Assembly: GCA_004022145.1 (NCBI GenBank)
Contig: RCNU01000005.1
Strand: one strand, 5' to 3'
Source of the DNA: Paecilomyces variotii
Taxonomy: Eukaryota
DNA length: 64,000 bases
Shown piece after piece: positions 1 to 13,993 of this stretch. Both the position numbers and the translations under genes were made by a program. Each line of letters begins with the position of its first letter. Position 1 is the stretch's first letter. The notes beneath the pieces are model-generated. The model was not told where the DNA came from. It ran no database searches and saw nothing but the letters and a program-made list of their open reading frames with translations.

Positions 1-235
1 CAATTGGTTCCTTTCTATGGTTGGAGCTTTTCTTGCTGTTCCGCTTTCTTGGTATTTCCATTGGTCTCTTTCTCCTTCGCCTAACGAACTTTCCGAGAGG
101 TCGTCTTATCCCACATCCAAGCGGACCAAGCCACTGCACGGCGCACCACTAACCTCAGATCGAGACAGGGCTCCAATGTCACTTTTTCCTGCTAACTCTT
201 CTGTTTTTGCCCTCTTCCAAGCTTACTAGCGGCAT

Positions 236-324
236 GTAAGATCCGTGTATTCCCTTGACAGCCTTACCCACCATGCTGTAAATAGACCTAGGCTAACTGT
301 CCTCGCTTTGGTCTACCCCCCCAG
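236..324 (+). other. Probable 5'-UTR intron of the alpha-1,3-glucan synthase gene
   Basis: GTAAG donor at 236, GCTAAC branch site at 292-297, pyrimidine tract and CAG acceptor ending at 324, all upstream of the ATG at 870. Confidence 0.55.
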
Positions 325-869
325 CTTCTGGTTCAAGGGTCGAAAACACGGCCTTGGGCCCCCCTTTTGGTCATGGCTGACCCTGTGAAAGGGGCGCTGC
401 GGCGTCCTGGAGCTGTCGTTGACCTTACCGGACTGGGATGAATTGCGGCCAGCCTTTAGTCGAGTACTAAGGCCTGGCAAAAGAAGTTCAGATGCGCCTT
501 TCGTTTCTCTGATTCTTCTACAACAAAGCTGCTCTGGTACCCTGTCCGCTGGTCGCTGCCCTCAGGACCATTTCCTCTCCGGACTTGAAAGGGATCCTCT
601 TTTCCCTTCACGCTCGTTGCGATTCGCTTTCGCCTTCGTTTTTGTTTCTTTTCTCACGGGCCTTTTTGCGGACCCCGTATCTCTCGTTATCGGCAACTTT
701 CCGGCGTATCTGGGGTTAAAACGGTCAGTCGCGGCCACAGCAGTTATTAATTTCTAATAGCCGTTCTGGAATACAACGAAATCCTGTCTTTCTTTCTTCG
801 AGTGCCATCAAGACTCTTCCGCGACACATGTTGGGTTTGTAGAAGAACCAGCTCAAGTGGTCGTATACG

Positions 870-3800
870 ATGAAGTGGGGGTTAGCCGCTGTCGGGCTCG
901 CCCTCTTCGCGGCGACGTCTAAGGGCTGGCCATATGATGAGAATTGGGTCGAGTACAATCTGAATAAGAACCAGACGGCAACAGACCCGGTGTACTATTG
1001 GGGAGAATGGGAAAACCACACTTTCTTCCCTTCGCCAGACAACTGGCGGTTCCCCGTCTACACACTGTTCATCGATCGATTTGTTAATGGCGACCCCACG
1101 AATGACAACATCAATGGGACTTCCTTCGAGCATGATCTCAATTCCAATCAGATGCGTCACGGAGGAGATGCAGTTGGTCTGGTAGATACGCTGGACTATC
1201 TCCAAGGAATGGGAATCAAGGTGCTTTAACTCTGATACTCCCACGTAAGATCCTACCTTTTACAAGACTGACCACAAAGCTGCAGGCTATCTACCTGGCG
1301 GGAACGATATTGATCAACCAGCCTTGGGGATCAGACGGTTACTCGGCACTGGACACGACTCTTATCGACCAACACTACGGAGACATTCAAACGTGGCGCA
1401 ATGCTATCACTGAAATCCACAACAGAGGCATGTACGTTATCTTTGATAACACAATTGCAACGTAAGTCTCTCACTCACTCACTTCCTACTCACTGGAGCA
1501 TGATCTGTGTTGACGACAAGAGGTAGTCTCGGTGACTTAGTTGGCTTCGAAGGCTACTTGAACACCACGACACCATTCTCCGTTAAGGAGCACAAGGTTC
1601 AATGGAAGAGCGACCGCCACTACGTTGACTTCCACTTTGGTAATTCCTACAATGAGACCTGCGACTACCCTCGGTTTTGGTACGAAAACGGTTACCAGGT
1701 TGATCCCTCTGTGTACCAGGAGTTAAAAGGCTGCTACGACAGCGAGTTCGATCAATATGGCGATGTCGAAGCCTTCGGTGTGTTTCCGGATTGGCAACGT
1801 GAGCTTGCCAAATTTGCGTCCGTGCAAGATCGGCTACGAGAATGGATCCCTAGCGTGAGAGCTAAGATCATGAGGCACTCCTGTATGATTATCGCATCAC
1901 TTGATATCGACGGCTTCCGGTATGATAAAGCTACGCAAGCTACCGTGGACGCTCTTGGCGACATCTCTGGATCCTATCGGGAATGTGCTCGTCGGTATGG
2001 CAAGAACAACTTCTTCTTGCCCGGTGAAATTACGGGTGGAAATACCTTCGGAGCAATCTACTTGGGACGCGGACGGCAACCCAATCAGCTACCCTCTCTC
2101 GAAGAAGCTATAACAAGTACAAATAGCTCTCCTCAACAATATTTCATTCGCGAACAGGGGCAGAATGCCCTTGACGCTGCCGCATTCCACTATTCGATCT
2201 ATCGATCCATGACTCGATTCCTGGGCATGGACGGAAATTTGGAAGCTGGATACGATACTCCGGTCGACTGGGTTGATGCTTGGAACGAGATGTTGATAAC
2301 AAATGATTTTGTCAACGCGAATACTGGAAAATACGATCCTCGTCATATGTATGGTGCCACCAACCAGGACGTCTTCCGTTGGCCGGCGATCGCCAACGGA
2401 ACCGAACGACAGCTCCTTGCTCTGTTTGTGACCACTCTTCATCTGCCCGGCATCCCTCTAGTCCTATGGGGAGAAGAGCAAGCGTTTTACGTCCTAGATG
2501 CCACGGCAAACAACTATATTTATGGAAGACAGGCGATGTCTCCGGCCACAGCATGGAAGACGCACGGTTGTTTCAGTCTGAATTCCACTCAGTACTACAA
2601 ATTTCCCGTCGGCGACGCCGCCAATGGTTGCAACGATGAGACTGTCACGTACGATCACCGGGACCCTTCGCATCCCGTCCGAAACATCATGAAGCATATG
2701 TTCCAGATGCGCGAGGCCTTCCCCGTGCTCAATGACGGATGGAGGTTACTGAACCTTTCGAAACAGACAACGGACGTCTACTACCCCGGTTCTCAAGGTA
2801 CCCCAACGGAGACTGGTATGTGGTCCGTTCTTCGTGCCGGATTCGAGGGCGTTCAAAATTTCACAAGCGACGATTATGTCTGGCTGGTGTATCAGAACAC
2901 AAACCGAACAATCAACTATAAGTTCGACTGCGGCGATGATAGCAAGGCTATTATCGCCCCCTTTGCGAGTGGAACCACCGTCAAGAACCTGTTCTATCCT
3001 TTCGACGAGATTACCTTGGAAGACGGTCCTAAAAACCTTTCCTTCATAGGTGGTAATGGAACCGCTGGCTGCGTCGATACCATGTCGATGAGGGGATGGG
3101 AGTTCCGCGCATATGTCGACAAGGAAGACTGGGTAGGACCACGGCCTATGATCACAAAATTCTCTCCCGGCCATGACGCCCGCATCCTCTCAACAGTTGC
3201 CCCGAATGAATTTGAATCTATCAATGTCACCATCTGGTTCTCTACGGAAATGGACTGCGACTCGGTAACCAAATCCATCTCGTTCAACTCCTCTACTGAA
3301 AGCGGAAAGACGGCTTCTTTGGGAGGAACTCCTAGGTGCTCATCTATCCCTCCCGAAACCCAGACACAGATGGTTGGTGAGATTGCCAGCACTTGGTACT
3401 GGACTGCAGAGGTGCAAAATGTTTACAATGGTATCCACCGGTTGACTGTCAACAATCCTAAAACCAGCGATGGAAGCGGCAATACTTCGGCGGTTGACCA
3501 CTTCCTATTCAGAGTGGGCCAGATCGACAACCCGATGATATTCAACTTCGCCAACTACTCCAGCAGCTTGCTTCACAAGAATCCTGATGGCTCTTTATTC
3601 ATTCAGCATCACGCCGCTGGAGCTGATCTTTACCGCTACTCTACCAATTGGGGTACCACTTTCTCTGATTGGATAACCTACAAGGGCGGCAATGATACGA
3701 TCATTGAACAACCCTGGTCAGGCACGGACCTTCAGAAATGGCCGGGCAAACACGTTCGCGTGGAGTATTGGAATAGGTTGTCGGGTAGTAGCGACTACGT

Positions 3801-6800
3801 CCAACAGGGTGATCTCGATTACGACAAGAACGTGCCTCGAAGATTCCCACACATGTTCTGGAACGGCCCTTATAACCAGTATGGCTATGACGCTGGTCTC
3901 AAGAATGACTTCAAAATGGGGGACGACGGCCAATGGACCATCAAATTCATGGCTGAGTGGCCCGCCAGCGGCCAGGTTAACGTCTGGGGCATCAACCCCG
4001 ACGGCAAACCTGACCAGACTGGTGTCTACGGAGATGCTGACAACGATGGTGTCCTGGACCGACTCCCACCCTCGTCGCTGTCCGCTGTCTTGGTCAATAT
4101 CACTGAACACCCTCCGCATCCTTACCTGTCTTGGCAGGTATCAGTGGACGATGGTAATCTGCGCTTCCGTCTGTTCCCAATGGGATCGATGTACGCTCAA
4201 CTGGCCCTCTACATCTTGCTCTGGATCATCCCCGTCCTAACAGCCGTCACTGGTATCTGGGTTTTCATGAAATCCTTCTACCAAGTCAAGTTCAACCAGG
4301 TCGGTGTCACTGATAAAAAGGCCATCATTCCGCTTGCTCTCCGACGCAAGCTGAAGAGACGTCATCTGGAAGATGGCGAGTCTATGAACCCATTGATGAA
4401 GTTGGCGAACAAATCCGGGTTCCTCCAGACTAGCTCCGCATTTGTCCCTGCAAAGGGTGACAAGCGCCGCATGGTTTTGATCGCTACCATGGAATACGAT
4501 ATCGAGGACTGGGCCATCAAAATCAAGATCGGTGGTCTCGGTGTCATGGCTCAACTGATGGGCAAGAATCTTGGACATCAGGATCTGATTTGGGTCGTGC
4601 CGTGCGTTGGTGGAGTCGACTACCCCGAAGACCAGCGGGCGGAGCCAATGTTCGTGACTGTCCTAGGAAACTCGTACGAAGTCAAGGTTCAATATCACGT
4701 CTTGAGAAATATCACTTATGTGCTGCTTGACGCCCCCGTCTTCCGCCAGCAATCGAAGACTGAGCCTTACCCAGCCCGTATGGACGACTTGGATAGTGCC
4801 ATTTACTACTCTGCTTGGAATCAGTGTATCGCTCTCGCAATCAAGCGTTTCCCCATTGATCTGTACCATATCAACGACTACCACGGCTCGATCGCTCCTC
4901 TGTACCTTCTACCGCAGACTGTTCCAGCCTGTCTGTCATTGCATAATGCTGAATTCCAAGGATTGTGGCCTATGCGTACGCAAAAGGAAAGGGAAGAGGT
5001 TTGCTCCGTGTTCAACTTAGATCCAGAGGTTGCTACAAAATATGTCCAGTTCGGTGAGGTTTTCAACCTTCTTCACGCAGGTGCTAGTTACCTCCGTGTC
5101 CACCAGCAAGGCTTTGGTGCAGTCGGTGTCTCCAAGAAATATGGAAAACGTTCCTACGCTCGTTATCCTATCTTCTGGGGTCTTAAGAAGGTCGGAAACC
5201 TCCCGAATCCTGACCCGTCTGATACCGGTGAATGGAACAAGGAGATGCCAAAAGAAACCGACATCCGTGTTGACCCCGAATTTGAAACCAACAGGAAAGA
5301 ACTCAAGCGCCAAGCCCAAGAATGGGCCGGACTGGAGCAGAACCCCGATGCAGACCTCCTGGTATTTGTTGGAAGATGGTCTATGCAAAAGGGTATTGAC
5401 CTTATTGCTGACGTCTTCCCGGCTGTCCTTGATGCTCGTCCCAATGTCCAGTTGATTTGTGTTGGTCCAGTTATCGATCTCTACGGAAAGTTCGCTGCCT
5501 TGAAGTTGGACCGTATGATGAAGCTATATCCAGGCCGTGTCTTTTCAAGACCAGAGTTTACTGCTTTGCCTCCGTATATCTTCTCCGGTGCGGAGTTCGC
5601 CCTGATTCCCTCTCGTGACGAACCTTTCGGTCTGGTTGCTGTCGAATTCGGTCGTAAAGGTGCCCTGGGTATCGGTGCTCGTGTGGGTGGCCTGGGCCAA
5701 ATGCCTGGCTGGTGGTATACCGTCGAATCGACAACTACGTCGCATCTTCTGCATCAGTTCAAGCTTGCCATTGACAGCGCGTTGAACTCCAAGCAAGAAG
5801 TCAGAGCGCAGATGCGTGCTAGATCAGCGAAACAACGGTTCCCGGTTGCTCAGTGGGTCGAAGATCTGGAGATTCTCCAGAGCACTGCAATTCGCATTCA
5901 TCACAAGGAACTGGCAAAGTCTAAGGGCGAACCACTGACACCTTCTGGCTATAACACCCCCAGTGGCATGATGACCCCTCCCATTGGTCCTGGGTATATG
6001 ACGCCTACGGGCACGCAGACTCCTCCTCTCAGCCACTCCAGAAACTCGAGTTACTCCAACATACACCGCCTGAGCGCTCTGGGTCCGCAGCAAAGAAATA
6101 CAATCGTCTACAGCAGAGATCTCAGCCCTGGTGCCGACGAAAAACCGAAATCAGGATTGAGTCGCCAGCTTTCCCTTGGTGTCCGCTCAGGGCCTGGCCA
6201 TTCTTCTGAACGTCGCGGCCGTAGGACAATTCGGAGGAGCGGCATCCCGGAGAATGAGGAAGGTGTGGGCGTTGCCGTGACAGAAGATGTCGAAGACAGC
6301 GACGACGATATGGTTCATAGCTTCTACGGCGATGATGAGTATACCTTGACCCCGGAGCAAGCTGAAGCCGGTCGAAGGATGGAGAGTAACCATCAACAAA
6401 TCTCTCATGGCTCGTTGGCACCTCAGAGCAGGGACTTCCTGTCGCCCCGTCAATCGAGCTTCGGCTCTCTGCATCCTAGATCGCCTGGGTCACCCACAGC
6501 TTCGTCCCCGGGAGCTGACGATACGCTTCTGCCCCCGATACGGCCTTTTGCTGAACCCGGAAACCGCCTGAGCAGTGCCTCCGTGTTGTCATTGGATTCA
6601 GTCGTCGGTGACAAGAAGGATTTCAAGTTGCAGAAAGTCGATCCTTTCTTCACTGATAGCACCGGCGAATTCTACAGGCTGTTCGAGAAGCGATTGGAAG
6701 ATTTGAACGGCTCCAACTCCGAGTCGCAATTGTGCATTGAAGAGTACCTGGTCAAGAGTGAAAAGAAATGGTTCGATAGATTCAGAGATGCGAGACTGGG

Positions 6801-8506
6801 CCGCAACCAGTCGCCTGCGCCTTCTATCTTTCGCGGGAAACGCGGCAATTCCCCGGTCGGTTCTGTTTATAATGACGAGGACTCCCACGGTAGCAGCCCC
6901 AGCGAGGTCAACAAGGAAGCAGATGAATTCTTGCTGGGGAGGGACTACGTCCCGCCAACGGGCCTGAAGAAGTGGATGCAGATTCGCATTGGAGACTGGC
7001 CTGTCTATTCGCTCTTCCTCGGTCTTGGTCAGATCATCGCTGCCAATTCCTACCAGATTACGCTACTCACCGGTGAAGTTGGTGAAACGGCTGACAAGCT
7101 CTACGGAATTGCGACGACGTATCTGATCGCCTCGATTATTTGGTGGTTCATCTTCCGACGATTCAAGTCTGTCGTGTGTCTCTCTCTTCCTTGGTTATTT
7201 TATGGTCTCGCTTTCATCTTCATCGGTGTCGCTCACTTCGAGAGCAACAAATTCAGCCGTGGATGGATTCAGAACGTTGGTACCGGTCTGTATGCAGTTG
7301 CCTCTTCGAGTGGTTCTATCTTCTTTGCGCTCAACTTCGGTGATGAGAGCGGTGCCCCCGTCAAAGACTGGGTTTTCCGTGCATGTGTGATTCAGGGTAC
7401 TCAGCAGGCCTACATTGTCGGACTCTGGTACTGGGGTTCGTCCTTGACGAAGCAATCACAGGCGGGTGTTATTGACAGCCAACCGATCTCCAACAGCTGG
7501 AAGATGACGTATGTCTCCTTTTCATCCCTTCCGCAACCTTCCCTACTTTGATCTATTGCTAACACTAAAACCAGTGCTATTACGTTCCCTATCGCAGCCT
7601 TCCTCTGGGCAATTGGACTCCTTTTGGCCTTTGGCTTGCCAAATTACTACCGCCAGACACCTGGAAAGGTGCCCTCGTTCTACAAGTCTTTGTTCCGTCG
7701 GAAGATCGTCCTCTGGTTCTTCGTCACCGTCATTATCCAGAACTTCTTCCTCAGTGCACCGTACGGTAGAAACTGGAACTGTAAGTCATATCTGTTGCAA
7801 CACTGCCGTGATGGTCGCGCTAACCTGATTGCAAGTCCTGTGGAGTTCCAACCATGCAAAGGCCTGGCAGATCGTTCTCCTGGTCATTTTGTTCTTCGGA
7901 TTTGTTTGGGCTGGTATGCTATGTAAGTTTCGCCCAACATCATTTGAAACCTTGCTCCCGCTAACCCCTTTCATCAGACATTCTGAGTGTCCTGTCCAAG
8001 GATCACAGCTGGATCCTCCCCGTGTTTGCCATTGGTCTTGGTGCTCCCCGCTGGGCTCAGATCTGGTGGGGTACCTCGGGCATCGGTCTCTATCTTCCAT
8101 GGGCTGGTAGCTATGTATCTGGAGCGCTGGTGTCACGATCTTTGTGGCTCTGGCTTGGATGTCTGGATTCCATGCAGGGTGTAGGATTCGGAATGATCCT
8201 TCTGCAAACGCTGACTCGTTTCCACATCTGCTTTACGCTTCTCGCCGCTCAAGTACTGGGTTCCATCGCTACGATCTGTGCGAGGGGCTTCGCTCCAAAC
8301 AAGATTGGACCGGGAGACATCTCCCCTGATATCTCAGGCGGCGTCAGCGCCATCTGGACAGCCTGGTTCTGGATCACTCTGTTCCTCCAGCTTCTGATCT
8401 GGTAAGTAATCCTCCTTTTAGTATTCGTTTTTGTCCGTCATCTGACTGGTGATGCAGTGGTGGTTTCTTCCTCTTCTTCCGCAAGGAACAGCTTAGCAAA
8501 CCCTAA
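870..8506 (+). CDS. ags: Cell wall alpha-1,3-glucan synthase (GH13 amylase-like domain + GT5 domain + C-terminal multi-TM region), multi-exon
   Basis: Signal peptide; DRFVNGDPTND, IDGFRYDKATQ and KIKIGGLGVM motifs. Introns at 1221-1285, 1462-1526, 7509-7574 and three more 3' introns. Ends FFRKEQLSKP-TAA at 8504-8506. Confidence 0.95.
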
Positions 8507-10087
8507 ACGGGCTACCTTATCGGTGTGCCTTCGACGGTTCTTTCGATACCCGCTTCTACACCGCCAGCATACGCCCTCCCGTCGTCGGCTCTTTTCTCGC
8601 TATGATACTGCGCTACTCCAACACCATACGGTGTTTTACGCCAATGCACGTCTATCTGATTCTGTTCAAAACATCACCATCATCATCCACTACCTATACG
8701 ACACGGATATGACGCGAACTATGTACCACACCTGTTTTACTCCCGACCCCGTCTTCGGTCAATTGTTATTTTGGATACCGGACCTGCCTCTGATAGGCAG
8801 CCGTCGCATATATTCAGATACCTTTTTCCTCTTATCTCATGTTATCAGAAACATACATTCCTTTTATGGGTGTTGACGGTCCATCTATGGCATATCTAGC
8901 TTGGCCTGGGCATCGTATATATCTCTCCAGCAGCGTATTCGATTGTTTTGTCTGTCACAAGTGTTTTGTTTGCTGACGGGAGATTCCGATGTCTATTGTT
9001 GTATCTTGGCGTTGGTCTTTCCGATTATGTTTTTTCCTATAATTATTACGTGTGCGATAATCCGGCGTCCACTTACAATACCTTTGTTCATGAGACCCAT
9101 ATATGGTCAAGTGGGAAAGAAGCGCTCTTATATATCCTACAGTGACTGATGCATAATAATGTCAATGATATCCCTCTCAGTAGAATGGAGAGGAGTGTTC
9201 TCTAGCATTATCTCTACTTCTTTTTTTTTTGCATTTTCGAGTAAGTCAATCGTAGTAGATAAAGAGTCTTTTGTCGAAATCAGGCCAATCTAGTAAGTAG
9301 GCTGAATGAAGGGGACTGATTACTTGATCTGATAACTGGATTATATTGTTCTTGCCACAGAGGAAGACTTCAGGAGATATGATGATCTTTCTGTCTATTA
9401 ACTAAGCAGAAGACATTTCTCGCTGCTAAGCATACCTTTTCCATTACTGGAAGACTTCTTTCTATTAATGCTTATGATTCATCTGTGGTATAGTGTGTGG
9501 TTTGGTTCTCGTGAGAGAAATTCGGGCTGTTGGGGACACTCAGGCCATACATAACTTACCAAAAGGACTTATTATGAATTTGCTAACATGATGGATTTTA
9601 TCTGTGGATAGGATGGGAAAGTATAATTACCAAGAATTGCAGCATGGCAGTAGCAGTTAATCAAGTACAGTATTTATTTCCTGCCTGTTTGATTGGGATT
9701 TGGAATAAATATTTATGTAGCATGCATGCATGTCCATGACGGCACATGGGCATGATAATGAAAAGGGAAAAAAAAAAAAAAAAGAAAACAACGACGCCTC
9801 ATTATTTTGAAACAACATTTCCTCTGTATCCCATGTGACATTCCCGAGAGACCTCCCTGAGATAGATAACTAAAGCAAATAGGAAAATAAAAACAAAAGT
9901 GAATTCTCACAACTCGTAGCGTGGGATACACTCAACCACGTAGATATATAGTAATCGTGCCCGATAAAAAATTGATAATAATTTCAGAAGTCGTATCATA
10001 TCAAGGTTGTTGTTGTTCTTCCGAGAGAAAGATGAAAAAATGCAACTTTTTTCTTCTTGGAGTCTCTCAAGTCGAAGTCAAGCCCGC

Positions 10088-12533
10088 TTACCACTCTAGA
10101 GGCTCACCCTTGACGTCTCCGCGGTTGGTCTTGGGGACCGGCGCGGCCTCGATCTTGATTGGGCCCCGCTTGCCGCGCTTGAGGTAGCCGCTGCCATCGA
10201 GCCAAGGAGTCTCGAGCGTGCGCTTGGCCTCGAACTTGCGGATCTTGTCCTCCATCTGGAGAGTAAGGCCTATGTCGTCGAGACCGTTCACCAGGCAGTG
10301 CTTCCGGAAGGCGTCGACATCAAAGTCGGCGAGCTTGTTGCCATTGGCATCCTTGATGACCTGGTTGGGCAGATCGACCTCGATCTCCTTGCCGGCACGG
10401 GCCTCGTCAGCGATCTTCTGGATTGTGGCCTGGTCCTCGATCTTGATGGGCAGCATGCCGTTCTTGAAGGTGTTGTTGAAGAAGATATCGGCGAACGACG
10501 GGGCGATGACACACTTGATGCCAAAGTCAAGCAGGGCCCAGGGGGCGTGCTCACGCGAGGAACCGCATCCGAAGTTGGGTCCAGTCACAACCAGGATATT
10601 GGCCTGGCGGTAGATGCCCTGGTTAAGGACGAAATCGGAGATCTCCGTGCCGTCAGGGTGGTAGCGCAGCTCGTAGAACAGGGACTTGCCCAGACCGGTC
10701 CGCTTGATGGTCTTCAGGAACTGCTTGGGGATGATAGCGTCGGTGTCGACGTTGGCACGGTCCATGGGGGCGGCAATGCCCTTGAGGACGGTGAACTTGG
10801 GCAGACCGGCACTAGCTCCCTGGAGGGTGTTGGCGTGCGGCTCGTTGTCCTCGGGGAAGTCGAGGATCCGCTCGAGATCGTCATCCGTCTCGATGTCTTC
10901 CATTTCTGGCTGGACGTCAAGCTTGGGAGAGGCCTTGCGGACGGTCGGGCTGACGGTGGAGAGTTCTCGAACATCGGCCAGCTTACCGACAATGGCAGCA
11001 GCTGCAGCCATGGCCGGGGACATCAGATGTGTCCGGCCGTAGGCACCCTGACGGCCCTCAAAGTTGCGGTTGGAGGTACTAGCGCATCTCTCACGGGGCG
11101 ACAGGATATCGGGGTTCATACCCAGGCACATGGAGCAACCGGCCTCTCTCCACTCGAAGCCAGCATCGACGAAGATCTTGTCGAGGCCCTCGGCCTCAGC
11201 CTGACTCTTGACCAGACCGGAACCAGGGACAATCATGGCACGCTTGACGTTGGGCGCAACCTTCTTGCCCTCGACAATGTGGGCGGCCGCGCGCAGGTCC
11301 TCAATACGGGCGTTGGTGCAAGAACCGATGAAGACCTTGTCAATCTCAATGTCCTGCATGCGGGTACCAGCCTTGAGACCCATGTACTCGAGGGCGCGCT
11401 TGCAGCTGGCCTTGCGGGTCTCGTCCTGGAAGTCGTCGGGACCAGGGACAACGCCGGTGATGGGCACGACATCCTGAGGCGACGTACCCCAGGTGACGGT
11501 GGGGATGATGTCTTCTCCCTTGATGAAGACCTCCTGGTCGAACACAGCGCCCTCGTCGGTCCGCAGATTGGACCAGTGCTTGACGGCGCGCTTCCACTCG
11601 GGAGAGTCGAACTTGGGGGCCAGCGGACGGCCCTTGAGGTACTCGAAAGTGATCTCGTCAGGGGCGACCATGCCGGCACGGGCGCCTCCCTCAATGGACA
11701 TGTTGCACATCGACATACGGGCCTCCATGCTCAGACCGCGGATGACCGAACCGCAGTACTCGATGACTGCACCGGTACCACCGGCAGTGCCGATGACGCC
11801 GATAACGTGGAGGATAACATCCTTGCTGGTGACACCGGGGGGCAGCTTACCGTCGACATGGACGCGCATGTTCTTGCTCTTCTTGGTGAGGAGGGTCTGG
11901 GTCGCGAGGACGTGCTCGACCTCGCTGGTTCCGATACCGAAGGCGAGGGCTCCAAAGGCACCGTGGGTGGAGGTGTGGCTGTCACCGCAGACGACGGTGG
12001 TGCCGGGGAGGGTGAAACCCTGCTCGGGACCGATGATGTGGACGATACCCTGACGCTTGTCGTCCATGCCAAAGTACGTCAAATTGAAGTCCTTGACGTT
12101 CTCCTCGAGGGTGGAGACCTGGAGACGGGAGTCATTCTCCTCGATGAACTCGTTGACATTCTTGAAGTTCTTGCGGGAGCTGGTGGGGATGTTCTGGACA
12201 GCGTCAGTCAGTCAGCCGCTCCAATCGACGAGGACTGGAATATTATCAGAGAGAGACCTACGTGGTCCACGGTTACGAGAGTGCAGTCCGGCCGGCGGAC
12301 TTTGCGGCTGGCGTTCTTCAGGCCCTCGAAGGCCTGCGGGGAGGTGACCTCATGGACGAGATGTCGGTCTAGGAAAGCGTCAGTTTCACGCGCTGCTGGT
12401 GAGATGCTGTATCTAGCGATATCTGTTTCTTACCGATATAGATCAGACAGGTGCCATCCTCCTGCTCGTTGACGATGTGCTCCTCAAAGACCTTGTCGTA
12501 GAGGGTCTTGGGTTTCCTCTCTGCGGCCGGCAT
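10088..12533 (-). CDS. leu1: 3-isopropylmalate dehydratase (isopropylmalate isomerase), 3 exons
   Basis: Starts [14 protein letters not shown]; motifs [46 protein letters not shown]; introns 12369-12433 and 12194-12261. Confidence 0.97.
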
Positions 12534-12715
12534 GATGAAGTGCTCTGAAGGATGAAGATAAGACCGGCTGAGAAGAAGACGAGATAGAATCTCCAACCAA
12601 ACCAAACGAGACGATGGAAAGCAGCCGAGAGCAATTAATAACGATCCAGCCACAGCGACTTTATATATCAGCGACGCTGCCCGCGATGTCGCTCAGCCGT
12701 TTTCGAGGGGCTGGC

Positions 12716-12843
12716 CCGATCTCGGCGGTCAGCGGAATGGACTGAGTTCTGATTGGCCGTGCTTATCGGCTGTCGAGCCACTCACATCGCACTTCGCCGC
12801 GGGGATCGACGCCGGTGTCGGCGGCTGACTCATCCGGTCACGG
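12716..12843. promoter_or_regulatory. Three Leu3/LeuB-type CCG-N4-CGG sites plus a Gcn4/CpcA site upstream of leu1
   Basis: CCGATCTCGG 12716-12725, CCGGTGTCGG 12812-12821, TGACTCAT 12826-12833, CCGGTCACGG 12834-12843; TATA-like run near 12661. Confidence 0.75.
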
Positions 12844-13993
12844 CTACTCGCGGCCAAAGCAGAAAAAGTCTTTCGATCGAGAAATTGTCCAACTGCTTCA
12901 TCTCGTCTAGTTGGTTCATTCAGTTATCTAGACTAAGCTCAGTTAACTTAGCGACCACAATGAAATCATCACTGCACTGCTTGGATTCCCGTTTCCCTCG
13001 TCGCTCATTGGCCAGTGATGATCATGTCTGACTGCCTGGCCGACAACGGACAATCGCCCTGCTGGACCCAGAGCGAGAATGAAGGAATTCATGCAGGGAA
13101 CAAGGGGATTGTCCGCTGCTGGATACAGAGTAAGCATCTGGATAAGATCAGCGTCTTGTGGTTGAAGTTCGTTTGGTAGTTACAATGATAGCGATGATGA
13201 TGATGTGAGATGCAGAGGAACACTTCATCGGACATCCCGGACCAATTGGCAGCAGCAGAATCTCAAGCAAGATCCAGTAATGCTATTTGTGGCCAGATTG
13301 CATCTGGTGAGCTGTCATTGCAGTCGACATCGAGCTGTGATAGATAGTCTGCTGCGGGTAGCTTCTTTCACTGAAGCTGCTGATTTAATAACCTGGTTTC
13401 AATTTGCCGTTGATAAGCGTCATCCAGAGCTACATCGACAACTGTTCTGCATAGTTAGAGAATAATAATCGAAAGAAAACACAAGCAGTCCAGCACAAGT
13501 TGGGTTGGTGCCAAGGAACGGTCACTGAGGTTAGTTAAATGTATGAAGACTGCTTTAACAAAACACCTGGTTGGGGAATACATATGGGAAGTATCATTCC
13601 GTCGTCTGATATGTTGACACCATCCCGACGCGCGATGGTGCAACTGATTATCAACATTGATAGAGTCTTGACCCCTCCAAAATGAGGGGCATCGACCAAT
13701 CTTGACGGCGATACACCCGGCAGGATGTCCTCACGAACAAAATGTGGCAGATTGCGTGCAGCAACTTGTCCGAGGGGTAGATCGATGGTGTTACCACCCC
13801 ATAGTTAACGGTACGAAAGACGTAACTTATGCCATGTTTTCTATACATACTCGACCCACGGAGACAGCTCCGAAGAGTGAAGTGAAAGCGGGCTCAGTGC
13901 AACGATATTAAAATCATCCTTCTATTCCCTCTGTTTGTTTTCTTTTTCTTTTGCTTTTCAAGTCGCATCTTCTTCGTCATCGTCATCTCCATC

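Noticed and set aside
276-285. CTGTAAATAG as an RlmA (CTA-W4-TAG) site for the glucan synthase
   Set aside because: Mismatch in the core, and it lies inside the putative UTR intron
10298-12472. 724-aa + strand ORF overlapping leu1
   Set aside because: Antisense shadow of a strongly codon-biased gene; non-ATG start and no recognisable motifs
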